A DNA stretch of 64,000 nt from Oikopleura dioica. Lineage: Eukaryota; Animalia; Chordata. This document shows positions 44,672 through 58,738 of the stretch, in pieces (positions within the stretch are counted from its first letter, which is position 1; the number at the start of each line of letters is the position of its first letter). Location: the NCBI GenBank assembly GCA_907165135.1, contig OU015568.1, positions 2,790,001 to 2,854,000 of the forward strand, written 5' to 3'. Under the pieces are notes generated by a model that saw only the letters and a program-made list of their open reading frames with translations, was not told the DNA's origin and did not search any database. The translations under genes were made by a program, and so were the position numbers.

Positions 44672-47600
44672 CATATAAAATTAAACCCTAGACCGGTTCA
44701 AATTATGTCTATATTTTTCTCCTCAAAATGGCAAAAGAATTAATTTGGCTAAAATCTTTCTTCATTTTGATGAAAAAATCGTTTTCAGAGAACTTTGATA
44801 AACAAAATTATTAACGATAAATTTATCCAATCAGTACGAAACCCCCTTTTTCGTTAAAAAAAACCAGGCAGCGAGATTAGCCAAAACATGATTTTTATTT
44901 TTTCTTAAAAAATTGAGTAATTACTAATTAGTCTTGACAATGTCAAGTTGACATCTTATTATATAATTTTGTCTAAAGGAGTTGTATTTTTGGATTGTTA
45001 AATTTATTTCATGAGATAATTAAATTATGTAAAACAAGTGCTCTTCATCCTGAAGTGGCAAATTCATGATTGATTATGAAACAAAAAAGCAATAGTTCTA
45101 AAAGGTACTTTAGAGAAGACTCGATTTCTCGTTACAGTAAGGACCTTAGTGTGGCTTTGATTGAGCCACTTGACTGGCCTGACAGACCACTTGTGGTATC
45201 GGCAAGTCAAAAAAGAGAACTCAGTCTTAGATTTTGACAGCTTCGATTTTCGGCATATGCATTTTTTGCCATCGATTATGCAGAAAATGGCATAAAACAG
45301 TGATTGATAATTGAACTTTTTTGAAAATTCAAAAAAAGCTGAACTTTCTTTTTGATCGAAAATATAAGGGTATCACTTTGTTAATTTTCTGAAAAAAATC
45401 CGAAAAAAGAGTTTTTCGAGCCGATTAACCCATTTTGAGGACCAAATCTTTCGAAAAATGAAACTTACGGGAAAAAAGACTCGTTTTTGGAAACGTCTCG
45501 GCCCAAGATTTCAGATGGCGTCATCGGTTCGACGTTAATTCTGTCCAAGACGTTGAGGTCAGTCCCGATCATCATCATTAACTTGTCGAGGCCGCGCAAT
45601 CTGCCATCGCTCGAAGAGTCGTTTTTGAAGACGAGAGGGAAGGAGAAGATGATTTCTTCTTGGTTTTTGTCATCCTGCCTTTGGATACAAAAATCTTCGA
45701 GTCTAATTTAACCTTTTTGAAACATCATCAAGCTAATTCTATCGATAAGACCTATGTTAACACGCCGAGGCAATCTCAGCTTGTTGAATGCTCAATTTCA
45801 CGGTGTTATCTAACCGGAACTAATTCCACCAAAAAGCGGTTTTGATAAGAGTCGACACTCGTTGTCAGAAAAAAACCGCACCCGAAAACGTGCTCGGCTA
45901 TTTTGCCGATCCTACTGTCACTAAAAATAATAAGCTGACTTTTTATCGCCCTATTTTGTCCAGAAAACGATTCTAGAGTGAACTGCTAGAATTTTGATTG
46001 TATCCAATTTTTCCTTTGAACTTTTGAAGACGAGACTCATTTCAGCGCCACTCTCGCTTTTCTCGCTCAACATGAAAAAGAATGAAATCAATCTTTTTCT
46101 GTTTTTATTAAAACAAACTTCGGAAAAATGAACCTTCCAAAAAGTTATGAAAAATTCTTCTAATGCGGAGTAAATAACATTCTATCCCTGTTTTTTCACG
46201 ATCCTGTATGTTGTTTTTTCTTCTGTCGTAGTGGCGAATTGAGTTGCCGAAGGAGATGAGGATTTTCTTGAGGATCAGGTCGTCAGAGTCGATGGATATC
46301 GAGTAGACATTACCAGAATAGGTGAGAATCATCTAAATCAAGATTCATGTTGTTTCAAGGATGCTATAGCACACAGTGTCTATGAATAAGATATCTTATC
46401 GCTGTTGTTCAAACATATGGTACGGTGAAATAGATAAAAGAAAGTGTTCAATTTCTGAACCAGTAATTAAATTAGTTAACCATCTTTATATTTTATTCAT
46501 TATTCTAGCTCCTCAGGAACCCCCCCTCCTCACTACTTTTCTTTAGCTCAAAATGACCGTCAGAGCCTGGGCTACAATCTGGGATAGTAAACAACCTCTG
46601 AAAGGTCGAGTTAAGGCTTCAAAAATTCCCTTTTCCGAAATTGGCCAGATTTTGGGACTTTGGAGGTATCAAAATGCCCTCAGGGTACGAGATCACCCCC
46701 AAGTATCAATAGTCAAAATGATCCTCAGCTCCTGGGCTTTCTAAAACGGTATTATATGCCTACCCTACTAAGCCCAAAAAAAAGCTCAATTATTAGTGAT
46801 TTCCCCTAATTATGGAACATAATTTATGGTCATCTCTTTTAATTGATAAAATTGTTATGTCGATATAAATTGCGTCTTAGAATCTGGGGTCGGCAAGCCA
46901 CCAAGCGATGTTGGGTGGAGGTGAGTGGGTTGACAAGAGAATATAATTTTCACTGGTCGGGGTGGGTGGTGGATTTTTTTCGTAAGCGTTTTTCCGATCC
47001 CAAAATTTATAGAATAGGACTTGATAACACCAATTCTTCGGGCATTTTTAACCAGTAGGAATCCATACATAAATGAGAATTGTTTCTCCGCGAAAATTAG
47101 AAATAATATTTCAGAAAAACAAGAGTCCGAGGCTAAAAAGAACTTAACCACAGATTGCAAATCTTTAGGGATTGGGACCCGTAGAATCAATAACTGTGGC
47201 CATAAGAAATGTCAAGAAAGATTTTGTGAAAATAAAAAAAAATCACAAAAAATTTTAAAGAAAATGTGAATAAATTTTTCATAAATCTTTCTACGTGTCA
47301 GATCGCTTATTTTTCAGAAGCGGAATATTCTATCCCCCTAGAATTCTGCTCATTTTCTACATATTCTGTCGTTTATTATTGAAGGTGGTGCTTTACATAC
47401 CTGGTCGGCTTTCCTCTCCGCCAGCATTTTCGTAGATGCGACTAAGCTCGCCAAATCGGACATGTTCAACTAAACTCACTTCTAGTCCCAATTCTTCGAA
47501 AGCGCAAAGACAAGGTTTACCTCCTTTAGTTTCTTGTAGTCGATTCGGTCATCAGACAGGTCTAAAACAGAGACATTGATTAATTTTGCATGAATGAGGA

Positions 47601-48984
47601 CGAACTTACCAAGGGGACTTTTGTTGACACTGCACTTCTTTTTCGTCGGTTCTAAAACATGTTTTTTCGACTAGAAAACCTCTTTATTGAGTTTTACCTG
47701 TATTTGAAAGGCATAAAAGAAGTATCTGAATAATCAACATTCTAAAAATACTCTCTAACCAAAAGAAAAAGTGGCCCTTCAAAACAGAAAAAAGTGAAAA
47801 TAACGATCTTCTTTAAAAATAGCCGATAAAATCGCCTAATTGATGAGAAGTGCGTTCGCCAGCCTCATTTAAAGACGAGAACAGCTTCCTCTTTTTTCTC
47901 TTGCATGATTCTAAGCGACATCTGTGGGCCTCTCAACATTCTGAATTATATATTTTTATTTATGTCAAGCAACATGCTCGGCAAAAAAAAGCTGCATCTG
48001 CCAAGTCTTTTTTGGAGCAAATTGGACAGCTTTAGGAAATGTTCGCTTCATGAATTCATATCTTTTCAGACTCAGGTCGAAATCGAGGTCAAAAAAGTCT
48101 CTCTCTTTCTTTCTCGATTTTCTGTTTTAAAAATTTTTTTAGTTATTTAGTAGCAAGTTCTTTTTTTGCGCAAAGAGCGCGTCTAATTCCCCCTTCTTTT
48201 TTCCTCTAAATTAATTGATGAAATATTTTTTCTTTGGGATAATGCGCACCTCTTGCATATAAAATGAAGAGCCGCTCTGAGAATGTCATATCAATATATG
48301 CATGTCGTCGAGTAATAACTAAGAAGAAAACTGAGCACACGTGTTATTTAAACATACTCTGATTATTCTCATAGAATAATTGATCGCTTTCGATATCGAA
48401 AGGTACGGTTCGAAACCGCCGGCTACGATGATGACTGTAATGATGACAAAAGTCTTCTGTCAATACTGAACTAAAGTCAACTTTTGAAGAATCTTATCTG
48501 GAGGAAAACAGTAACAAATCGAGTTTCTTGAGCAGCTTATCAGTTTTCCACAAATCCCCTCTCTCTGATAATTGCGTGGTACTGATGTAGCCGAGCAAAC
48601 CACATGACGACTTGAAGCTGTTTGGAGCTGCACCTGGCGGCTCAGAGAGGATGAAATGGAGATGTAATTTGCATTTGCCAAAAATTTTTGCGCTCACAAA
48701 ATTCAACAGCGTGTTTTTGGACAGAACGTTCCAAAAAGAAAACACATGCAATCCTTGATACCGGGGATTCATGTAAGTACAAAGCCGCTTTATCGTCAAA
48801 TTGACGTTTGAGGTCAATCTTGGTTTATTCAAAAATCACAGGATTAGTTGTGCATGTATTTGCTCAATGCCTGAGAAAGTAAGTTTCAACAATTGAACAG
48901 AGGAAATATTTGCCGAAATGCAAATAATGTCCATTTCGCTAACCTCACGATTTTTTGGAGAAAATCGCCCATTCCTGAAGCGGC

Positions 48985-49748
48985 ATGAAACTTTTTCTCT
49001 TCCTTTTTCTTCTACCAGAATTCGTTTATGCAAGCGACCGAGAGTCAGGAAAAGCAAAATGCAAGAGGGAAGCGAAAGAGTTCTTGAATCAGTGTTCTAC
49101 TGAGTGCATTGGCGACAGCGATTGTTTCGCCGGCTGCAGAAAACGGCTTCAGATAAGATTTATGTGATATAATATAAAATCTAGAAGCCATAAGATAGAA
49201 AAGAAATGAAAAATGTCAAGCACACTTGTCTCGTAGAAAGACAAAAAGTATTTGATCACCTCCATGAAACATTGGTTTTTAGTTCTTTCTTCAAATTTTT
49301 TTTGCTTTATACTTTTTTAGGAAACAGAAGGTAAACCAGAAATGGACCAGGAGCTGTTCAACCATGAGACCGAATTGATGGTGAGAAATCAAAATGCAGA
49401 TTTGATTAAAAATTTGAATAGGAAAAAGAACAAGAAATCAAGGCTTTGCAAGATCAAAAAGACCAACTTATTAAACAACGACAAGCTGACGCAGAAGTGG
49501 AAGCGATCGTGATTTCCGAGCAGATTGATGAGCTACTCAAGAAGAAGAAAGAGATCGAAGCTCAAGCAGGTATAACATCGGCGACAACAACAGAAGAGTC
49601 CATCGGATTAGCCGAGGATCTCGCCAGAGACTTTGCACCAGATTTTGTCTTAACCATCATCGATCATATGCAGAGCAGTTCTGAAGGAATGAGATCGTCA
49701 TTGTATTCACTTATTGCTCTTACTGTCGCTTTTGTCCTTGATTTCTGA
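48985..49748 (+). CDS. Secreted or GPI-anchored Cys-helix plus coiled-coil protein
   Basis: MKLFLFLFLLPEFVYA signal; C-x10-C-x3-C-x5-C-x3-C; coiled coil; hydrophobic C-terminus SSLYSLIALTVAFVLDF*. Confidence 0.6.
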
Positions 49749-49979
49749 TTAAAAATATTTAACTTAATCGAATAAAATTAGTTTTTTTTTATAAGTCTTC
49801 TTGTTATTTTAGGAGTGTAAGAAAGTCTAACCCACATTTATTTTCGAAAATCCTCTCGCCACAAAGTATATTCTCCTCGCGCCGTCCCCGAAAATTAGCC
49901 CTGCCATGAAATTCTCGAGCCAAACATTCAACCTCTCCTTCCACAGAGAAATCGCTTTTCTCCAAAGCGTTTTTTCATC

Positions 49980-52900
49980 ATGCGGCTTTCGCACGTTTCG
50001 CTTTTTTCTTCGCTTTTAGTCTTAGTTTTTTCTTCTCAAAGTTTGCTTCCGAAAGGGCTGAGATGTTCCAGGCCAGAGAGATTGCCAGAAGAAATCGGAA
50101 ATGCGCCTCAGAGATCGGTGAATTTGAGAATTTTGCATGGATCGGAAACGGATTGGAATTGGCCGTTTATTGTGAGACTGGGGATGAGAGATTCGAATGG
50201 GATAATCAGGCTCTGTGGCGGGACGATTTTGAATCAGAGGTGGATTATTACAGGAAAGGGATTTGTCATTATTATGAAGAGAGAAGAGATTGATCAGATT
50301 CGAGCTTTTGAAAAATCCTCAAAAAGCTGCGAGCTGTGCATATGGAAAAGAAGTCGTCGGACTGATCGCTTCAGATGAAATCAACGGAAAAATCGAAGAA
50401 TTCGAAACGCGAAACTTTGCCCGAGGCGTGTACTTTCACAAAGATTTCAAACCAGAGGGCAATTTCATGGACGACGTGGCTATGATCGAACTTGAACGGG
50501 ATTTTCAGCTGACTGAGAAGCTTCAACCAGCGTGTTTGCCGGAAACGGACGTGGATTACACTGGAATGCAGTGCTTTATTGCTTTGGTTTTTCGATTGCT
50601 TTTAGAAAAACAAGAATAAGAAGAAATTCTATTTAATAATTTTTGTCATTAGTTTTGTTTCTTCTCCGAAAAACCATTTTAAAGCTGGCTGGGGAATGTC
50701 AACACGAGATACTCTTGATATCCAAACTCATCTTCTTGAAGCCCGAGTGAACATTTTCTCGGACAGTATTTGTGAAAAAATATTTTCGCCTTTCGATTTG
50801 TGGGACGGAAAATCATCGATTTGTGCGATGGGAAGTTCTGGAGAAGGATCATGCCATGGCGATGCAGGAGGACCAGTTATTTGCGTGGATTCTAAAAACG
50901 ACCCAATCCTGGTTGGAATTCAAAAGAAGCGGCAAACTTGCGGTGGCCCCTTCCTCATTACGAAAACGTCCTCTTATGTCGATTTCATCAAAAACCTCAT
51001 TTCGGCGCGAGCTTTGACGAAATGCGGCCCACCAGAGAGGTCATTCGATATCGCCGATAATGTGAAGATTGAATGTCAGGGCGAGACCTGCCACTTGGGC
51101 TGTTACATAACCCATCAGATACCTAATCTGAAAATGATTACCTGCCAGACAAATGAAGAAACAAACGGTATTTCCAAGTTTTTCCCCCAAAAAGCTCCTT
51201 TTTTGATCTTAATTTTCAATCTTCTAGAGCCAGAATGGAATCCACTACCTGATGACGTGTCCCAAATCAAATGCCTGACTCCAAGTCGAAGAACTCAATG
51301 CGGCCATGTTGAAGAATTCTTCGTTGTCGAAAAAGGCGTCGTTGTCGAATGTTCCAAGTCAACTTGTCAAGTTTCGTGTGCGCAGAAAAACCAGAGTCCT
51401 TCGTTAGTTGAACTATTTAGTTTTCAAGACTGACTCATTTTTTTCTAGTTCGGACGCGGTAAAATGCTTGAACAGAGAACGCAAACTCTGGAATTTACCA
51501 GCTGGCTTCACCTTAAAATGCGAGTACCGCCCTCTTGCGTTCGACGACGTCCAGGAGGAAATCATGGCGCATTATAATCGAATTAATCTCGACTTTGATA
51601 ACCTTGACGTCGTAGAAGCCTCAGTCGTCACTCAAGGCAGAGCTCATAAAATTACACCCTCTATTTTATCAACCAGGTGAAGTAGATTCATTATTGAGCC
51701 TCGAAAAGCACCTAAAACAACGACGACGTGTACCAAGAACAAGACCCCTGTCAGCACTACTAGATTCAGACCAAAGAAAAGAGCCGGAAGAAAGAAGCAA
51801 ATCAAAAAATACTTGACAAGTAAATATAACATGACAAATAATCAAAAATCAACGACTACTGAAAAATCAATGACAAAAACATCAACAATCACAACTTCAA
51901 CACCTACAACCACATTTACATCAACAACAACAACAACGACAACCCCAGATATAACAACGACAACATCAAACCAACTATCTACAACGACTTCAACATCATC
52001 ATCATCATTCGTGACCATTTCAACAATGCCTAACCAACTTCTCACTGAATCCACAAAGAAAAATTGGAAAAAGGGAAAAAAAGAAAAGCGTTTTACCAAA
52101 AAGCAAAAGCGCCAACAAGCTCGAAAAGCAAAGCTTGAACGGGCGCGTCCTTACATCTTCAACAACATCAACTACAGCGGCGGGCTTCGACCTCAGTACC
52201 CAACAAGCCGCCCCATCTCAACAAGACCTCCTTGGGCTCGACCAACCACAAGGCCACAATTCTACGGTCAGCCAATGCACATGACGGCGTGCGGAAATGT
52301 CCGAGAAAAATTCCAGCTCGATGAAAAAATCAGCGTTCGTTGTTATCGAGGCATTTGCTCGTTCACTTGCGCGCTGCCACTCAAACCATCGATTCAACAA
52401 ATTTCCTGTGTCAATCCAGCAAAACGCATTTGGTCAGTGAGAGCCTTCTCGAAAGTTTACTGCATCAACCCATTTGAATCGAGTTTGAATAAATATCAGA
52501 CGACAAGACCGCCAGTGACTCAGGAAAGGATAACCACATTTGAATATGAATGAGTTTTATTGGAAAAAAAAGGATGAGTGGTTAACCCTAAATAATCAAA
52601 TGATAACAAGAACCAAACCCATCTTTACAGGCTTCACTATCACCAAGAAAACAACAACGACTTCAACAACAACAACCACGACATCAACAACCACATCAAC
52701 AACAACCACGACAACTACAACCACAACCACAACGACAATAACAACGACAACAAAAACATCAACTACAACAACGACAACAACAACAACCACGACTACAACA
52801 ACAACATCAACTACAACGACAACAACGACGACAACAACAAGAATAGCAACGACAACGACACAAGAAATACAGCCGCCGTCCAGAGGTCCAAACGCAAGCC

Positions 52901-53541
52901 TTATCTCCTTCGACAATTCCGGCAAAACAGTCGTTTATAATTTCGCGTCGGTCACGGAAAACCCTTTCAAACTTGCTCCACAAACAGTCGCTCCAACCAC
53001 TGAAAGCTCTCCAACAACGCTATCTCAAACAAAAACAACGCCAAAGCAACATCGTTTCTCGTTCGTCGGTGGGCCAGGAAAGAGACCCGCAAAGCGACCA
53101 GGAAAAAAGGGTCCAAATAGAAAGCGTCCAAACAAAAAACGACCAGGGAAAAAGCGACCAGCAAATGGAAAGATTCATGGAAAGATACCCAACAAAAAGC
53201 AGCCGACAAAGAAAGCTCCTTCGACATTCAAAAAACCGATTAAAGGGGTCAGGCCAACTTCTGGAATAAAGAGAATCGATAAGCCATTTACTCAGTATTG
53301 CGGAAATCTCAGAAATTCAAAAGAACATGGTTATTGGCTCAAGAAGCACAACTTTCACGTCAACTGCCACTCGCCCAAAGGAAGATTGCAGGTAAGCAAA
53401 AGCTGATTTTTTCAGAAATTTATATTCTAGATTTGCTTTATCAAATGCGAACCCGGACCGTACGTCGCTGAGGTCAAATGTTTCAAACACAAAACCGGCC
53501 CTGCAAAATGGTCTTCTCTCAAGAAAGAACCTTCCTGCTGA
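49980..53541 (+). CDS. Catalytically inactive serine-protease homologue with four 6-Cys modules and Thr-rich mucin tracts
   Basis: RILHG, LCGGTIL, WIIT|AASC (His to Ser), DDVAMI, CHGDAGGP (Ser to Ala); repeated CG..F....V...C....C...C modules; poly-Thr and Lys/Pro-rich segments. Confidence 0.85.
52650..52860 (+). repeat. Coding (ACN)n Thr repeat
   Basis: acaacaacg/acaaccacg arrays encode the poly-Thr of ORF 52540-53406. Confidence 0.9.
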
Positions 53542-53644
53542 CGACCAAAGCTTTATTTGACCTTCTATTATTAATTAAATTTGTTGATACGTTTTAATAA
53601 AGAATCCGCTTTTCTACTTCTATTCTCGCTTTTTTCAGAAATTT

Positions 53645-55806
53645 TCATAAAGCGTAGGTTCCTAAGAATACCTTGTTCAACAAAAAACATAGGCTCAAAT
53701 TTACCTCAGAGCTGCTGGTTCTTGTTGAGCTGGGAGCGCTGTCCATGGTTATTCGGAATCCATCGATGTTGTCCTTTTCCAACGAAGATTGACTCGAAGA
53801 AATATAAACTGCTTTTCCAGTTTCAAAAATTAGCCAAAGACCTAAATTTAGTGAGTTTCTCTCGCCACCATTCTATCTGCTTACAGCAAAGAATTGGGAG
53901 AATAATGAAAATAACCAACGCTCCCATATAAATTTGGCATGGCTCGACTCCCTTTTCCATAATGACTTTTGTAAGCGGCTCGAAATACCATTGATGTCTT
54001 GAACTTTCGTAAATACAAAACAGCAGCATAATTACCTCGTCATTTCAGCTCGATGTTCTCGATGAAAGATACAAGAGCTGATGCTCATTGCAGACCCCGC
54101 TAATACGAGATGAAGGATGTTATAGAAAAACATAATGATCAGGGAAATAATAATGGTGCTGTCCAGGAATTTTTTCTTGCGATTTTCCTAAGAATATTTA
54201 TTTTATAAAAAAAACTCTCAATTTTGTACCTTCGAAATGCTTGTCGGAGCCACGAAAGAACCATTTGGTTTGGCAGTCGAAACAACAGCATCAAGTCGCA
54301 AGTAAACTACCCCGACCTTAATCGGGTCAAATAACCATCAAGCTATTTCGTCTTCAATCCGTGTTTGACCCTTATTAATCCGACAAGCGCGAATAACAAA
54401 TCCCATCCTCTGCATTTATGAACCCAAAGAGGCGCTGCGAACTGAACTTCTGTGTGGATGACGATTTCTTTTAGCGAAGCAAGGAAGATGTAGAAAATGA
54501 ACCATCTCATGGAGCCGGCATAGATGAATTGGACGAGGTTTCGATATTTGACCGTGAATGGGTGGAACTCATTTTCGAGGGCAGCAAGTTTAATCGCAAC
54601 GGCGTCTGAAATATTTTTTTATCATGAAGAATTGAGTTGATTTCAGTTTTCAGAAGGTCGTTTCCGGACCTAGTTGAACCTGATTTTATTCTGAATATTC
54701 ATCAAAACGCGCTAGCAAGTCAAAAAAAACACCCCTTGTACCTGTCATTTTGATTGGAATAGAATTGGCGTCGGTTTTCACTAGCAAAAACGAAATCGGC
54801 ATCAAAAAGATGAAGAAATTGACAAGTTTGAGAATCGGTCTCGTGATGCAAAAGCATTTTGGCAATTCTTCTTTACAGCTCTGCACAAGATAGCTTTGAA
54901 TATCATCTGGTATCGATTGCAGCACAATATCTATTGGATTTTTTAGCTGCGTTCTATTGCAAAACAGAAAGACATCTTGCTGCTCGTCTTCTGGTGAAAG
55001 ACCAGCGAGATTGAAATTTGGAATAACTGGAATTTCGTCTCCTCCGAATTGTTTGAGCCTGATCCTTGGAGCTGGAATCTGATAAAATGAGAAATCGACT
55101 CGTTTAGGTTATCTTACCTTTCTACAAAGTCGTTCATCGCAAACAGTAATAAATTCAGGTGCAGCTGTTGTTGTTATTTCTTTCCGCTTTGACAGTAACT
55201 TCCGCTGCTCTTTGTAGTTTTCAAACTTCTGGCATTGAAAATCTCTGATATCTTGAACTTCTTCTTTACAAAACTTGCAAGATTCTCCGAGAATTCCATC
55301 TATTGAACTCGAAGCTGAGCATTCAAGAAGCCGGGGGCTTTTCGAAACTATACAAATATTATATTTAAGCATGAAATCAAGGAAGAGAACCTGAAAAAGC
55401 TATGAGTCCTGAAAACTCATAAACAGCGTAACAAGTGATGATCACAAAGTAGATCCCAAGCTCGGCACGAATCATCATCGAGCCACCCGATTTCGTGGAG
55501 AACTCAAATTGGCGCTTGTTAATTGAGTACCACTGGGCGAGAATGGGAATAAAACATGCGACGATCAAAATAGGTCCGCCTTTATTTAGGCTTTAAAAGT
55601 TCAAGATCAGGAAAATTTTATCGAGAAAGGGTTATGTTCTGTTTCTTTTCAATTTAAAAATGATATACCGAGTGGCTTATCCTAAATATAGCCGTTCCGA
55701 AAATATACCCTCCGAATTGTGTTGTCGTCTGAAGAAGAAAAAGCTCAATCGCAACGGCCAATATCAAAAGCGGAATAATCCAGATGAGCGGCTTTTTCGG
55801 ATCCAT
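53645..55806 (-). CDS. Orphan multi-pass membrane protein
   Basis: Start MDPKKPLIWIIPLLILAVAIELFLL. Several hydrophobic exons (AELGIYFVIITCYAVYEFSGLIAF; LVNFFIFLMPISFLLV; RWFIFYIFLASL; ALVIFIILPILCC), a Cys-containing loop, and an end at ..VFLGTYAL*. Family not recognised. Confidence 0.6.
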
Positions 55807-58134
55807 TTCCTCTCTCTCTACTCGCGTGTACTATTTCCTATTTTCAAACAAAACCTTTCTTGAGGGAAACGCTCAATCAAACGAATACGGTCTTTCAGAA
55901 TAAAAATCAATTTATAGTAAAGTAGCGAAATAGACGGAGCAACATGATCCTTTGGAGGGCAGACCTAGCTTCTTTTAATATGTTTAATAGCTAAATATAT
56001 TAATATCTTCTTTCATTCTTTGCTCATGCTAATCTGTTGTGAGCCGAGCTAGGTCGCCACCACAGACTTTATCTATAGAGCGCGAGAAAAAAAGAAGGAA
56101 AAAAGGGCTGAGGCTCGGTTTTATATCTTGACGCACGATTTTGATTCAGAGCAGTGATCCCTCAACCAAGAAAAAAACCAAAGATTCAATCTTTCCTGCT
56201 ATTTTAACAAAACTGAAAATTCGAAGAAAGACTGCAAAAATTGAGAAGAGAGAAAATCACAGAAGAGACTCAGTTGGTAAAATTTAACTTCAAAGTGTAA
56301 GAAAACTTTCCTTTAACTTCACTAAAATATTCTTTACTAAATAAGACTTGGTTTTAAGAAAAAAAAAAGAATTATCAGAAGAAAAAACTCAAATAATAAA
56401 CGAGAATGCTTCCTGACCAAAAACGTGATGAAGAACTTATTTGGATAGATAAACTAGGAACAGAATAAAATTTCATTTTGAGGATAAAAAACTGACTTGT
56501 CCAAAGCATACTACCCCCGATACGCCTAGAACAAACCCATTAGCCAACGAGGACCTACTTTTGGCTGTTGGTTAAGCTTTTTTGCGACAGACAGCCTTCT
56601 GAGAAATTCGGTTAATTATCGCTATCATAAGCTTTTGCTAATTCAAGTTCATCCCGACCGCGTCAATTCGCGATCTGTAAAAGGCAGCCTTAATTTAGCG
56701 CCTAATCCAGCTTTTCCAATTGTCCCATCTGAGATCCAGGCACACTCAATCGTCAATCGTTCGTTGTCTGTTTATATTTCAAATTATCGACTTTGAATAA
56801 TTTTCAATAATTTTAGTGACTAAAATTTAGTCGAGTCTAGTCAGAAACAGAAAGTTGTGTCAGAAAAAAATGCTGCTTACCTGATAAAATGAACGGAATA
56901 TGATGATTTGAACCCTCGCATTAAAATAAGATAATGGCCTTTTATTTTGAACATGTTTAACCCGATAACGCTGTATTTCCTTATTATATTTGGATTATAT
57001 GCTTGAATATATGAATATTTGCAAATGCATTTTTGCCTATCGACAGTAATACATTTCTTTCATAATGAAAGCAAAAATCTTATTTAAGGTCCTGCCATTA
57101 GTCTTGACTAAGGGGAGTGGGGCTGTGAGTGAAAATAAATTTTATTTATTCTGTTAAAAAGCGCAAATGCTTCATCCAGAGTGCACGGCGGCATACGATT
57201 GCCTAGGCTGGATAATCCTTTTATTCGTCGTCGTCCTGGCCATCTTGATGATAATAGGTAAAAACACCGCGCTCGGCGAATACCAATTTGATAATGGCGG
57301 CCAAGAAGCCCTGATCAACTGGGTTTATTCAGCGCTCGTTTGACAAGTCTTCTTTAAACCAGTTCGATCAAATCTTGCCCAAAAATAATTGTCCAAAATG
57401 CAATTGAAAATTATGCGAAAAATTTTAGTGAAAATAATGATGATGTGCAACAAGTCCCGCTCATCAGAACAAGGTTAAGGGCTTCGCTTTCCAATTTATT
57501 TCGAAGAAAAATTTCATCGCTCTTAACCCGGCTAAACAGCGCCGCAATTAATGTCCCATCTGGCTTCGCCGATGATCGGTGCGGCTATAGGTGTCAACTC
57601 TGACATATACGTCCAACTCAAGCAGTGTCAGGTTCCCGTTTCCTTAATTTTTAACATCCATCGTCATTGTTATTACCCAGGACCTGTCAAAGAAGAGAAT
57701 CAATGCAAACAAAAAATCCTCACCATCCTCAAAAATGCCAAACTCGAAAAAAACAAAACTAGATGTCAATGAAAATCTGTCTCCAATAAAATCGTGATAC
57801 AAAAATACTTTCAACTTCCCACAGCTCCAGTTGTTCAATTATCAATTATCGTTCAAAATAGAAAGTTTCAATGGGAAGTACCGTTTCAGTTAGATAAGTG
57901 GCCACTTATTTTAATCCGCCGAAGAAAGGTGTTGGAAAACGATATTTTCGGTACTTCTTTTGCTCAAAATAGAAAAGACTTGGCAATTATGGCAATTATC
58001 ATATCATTCTATTTTGAGTTGTATAAGAAATTGTATAACAAATTTTGTATATAAGCGGCCGCGTGTTTCGAACTATCACAATCAACAGCAATCAAAATAA
58101 AAAATATCGAATATCTCAAAACAAAAAAACAGCA

Positions 58135-58404
58135 ATGAAAATAATCGCAATGATCTTCGCCTTTTCTGAGGCATTTTTTAGACCAGAAACAACTTTCTAC
58201 CGTGGAGAGCCTTACCAGGTAACGAATCTCCAAATTTTCTTTAACGTATCGTATTTCTAGAGGCTTGCACGAGTTGATCGAATGGCTTTGAACAAGGAGC
58301 TTTATGGCTTTGAGCTTCAACGACGAGGAAGTATCGTCAACGAACTTGGAGCTAAAATTTTCAGATTGCAAAAGATGGCGATTCAGCATCGTCATTCTCG
58401 ATGA
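58135..58404 (+). CDS. Small secreted peptide precursor (RR site), 2 exons
   Basis: Exons 58135-58218 and 58261-58404 with a 42-nt GT-AG phase-0 intron: MKIIAMIFAFSEAFFRPETTFYRGEPYQRLARVDRMALNKELYGFELQRRGSIVNELGAKIFRLQKMAIQHRHSR*. Confidence 0.7.
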
Positions 58405-58738
58405 AAAATACATATTTTGTGATAAAACAATTCAAAATTGATATGAAAAAATAAAAGAATCGAAAAATTGTCGCTTGTTATTTCCATTAAGGATAAATGT
58501 CCCCTTCATTCAAGAAGAAGTAAGAAAAATAATTTCATCAGCAAAATGCAACTGCAGCTAATTAGTGATAACGTTTCAAAATTGAACCCAGATCGTCTGG
58601 CAAAACCACGGCGGCCGGGCGCGGTTAGCCCCATGCTCGGACAAATCTGTTTCGAATCAATTTCCTGGGGTAACTAATTCGGACACTGATTTAACCAGCC
58701 AGAGCAGTTAGCCGAGCGACAGAAAGCAAGTTTCGACG

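Noticed and set aside
52596-52925. Poly-Val ORFs on the minus strand (also 51842-52099)
   Set aside because: These are antisense shadows of the Thr-rich coding repeats on the plus strand.
56400-57780. Possible polycystin-like membrane fragment (CLGWIILLFVVVLAILMIIG..LINWVYSALV*QVFFKPV near 57170-57390)
   Set aside because: It is interrupted by stops and I could not build a coherent gene; the resemblance is too weak to call. It may be a decayed pseudogene.
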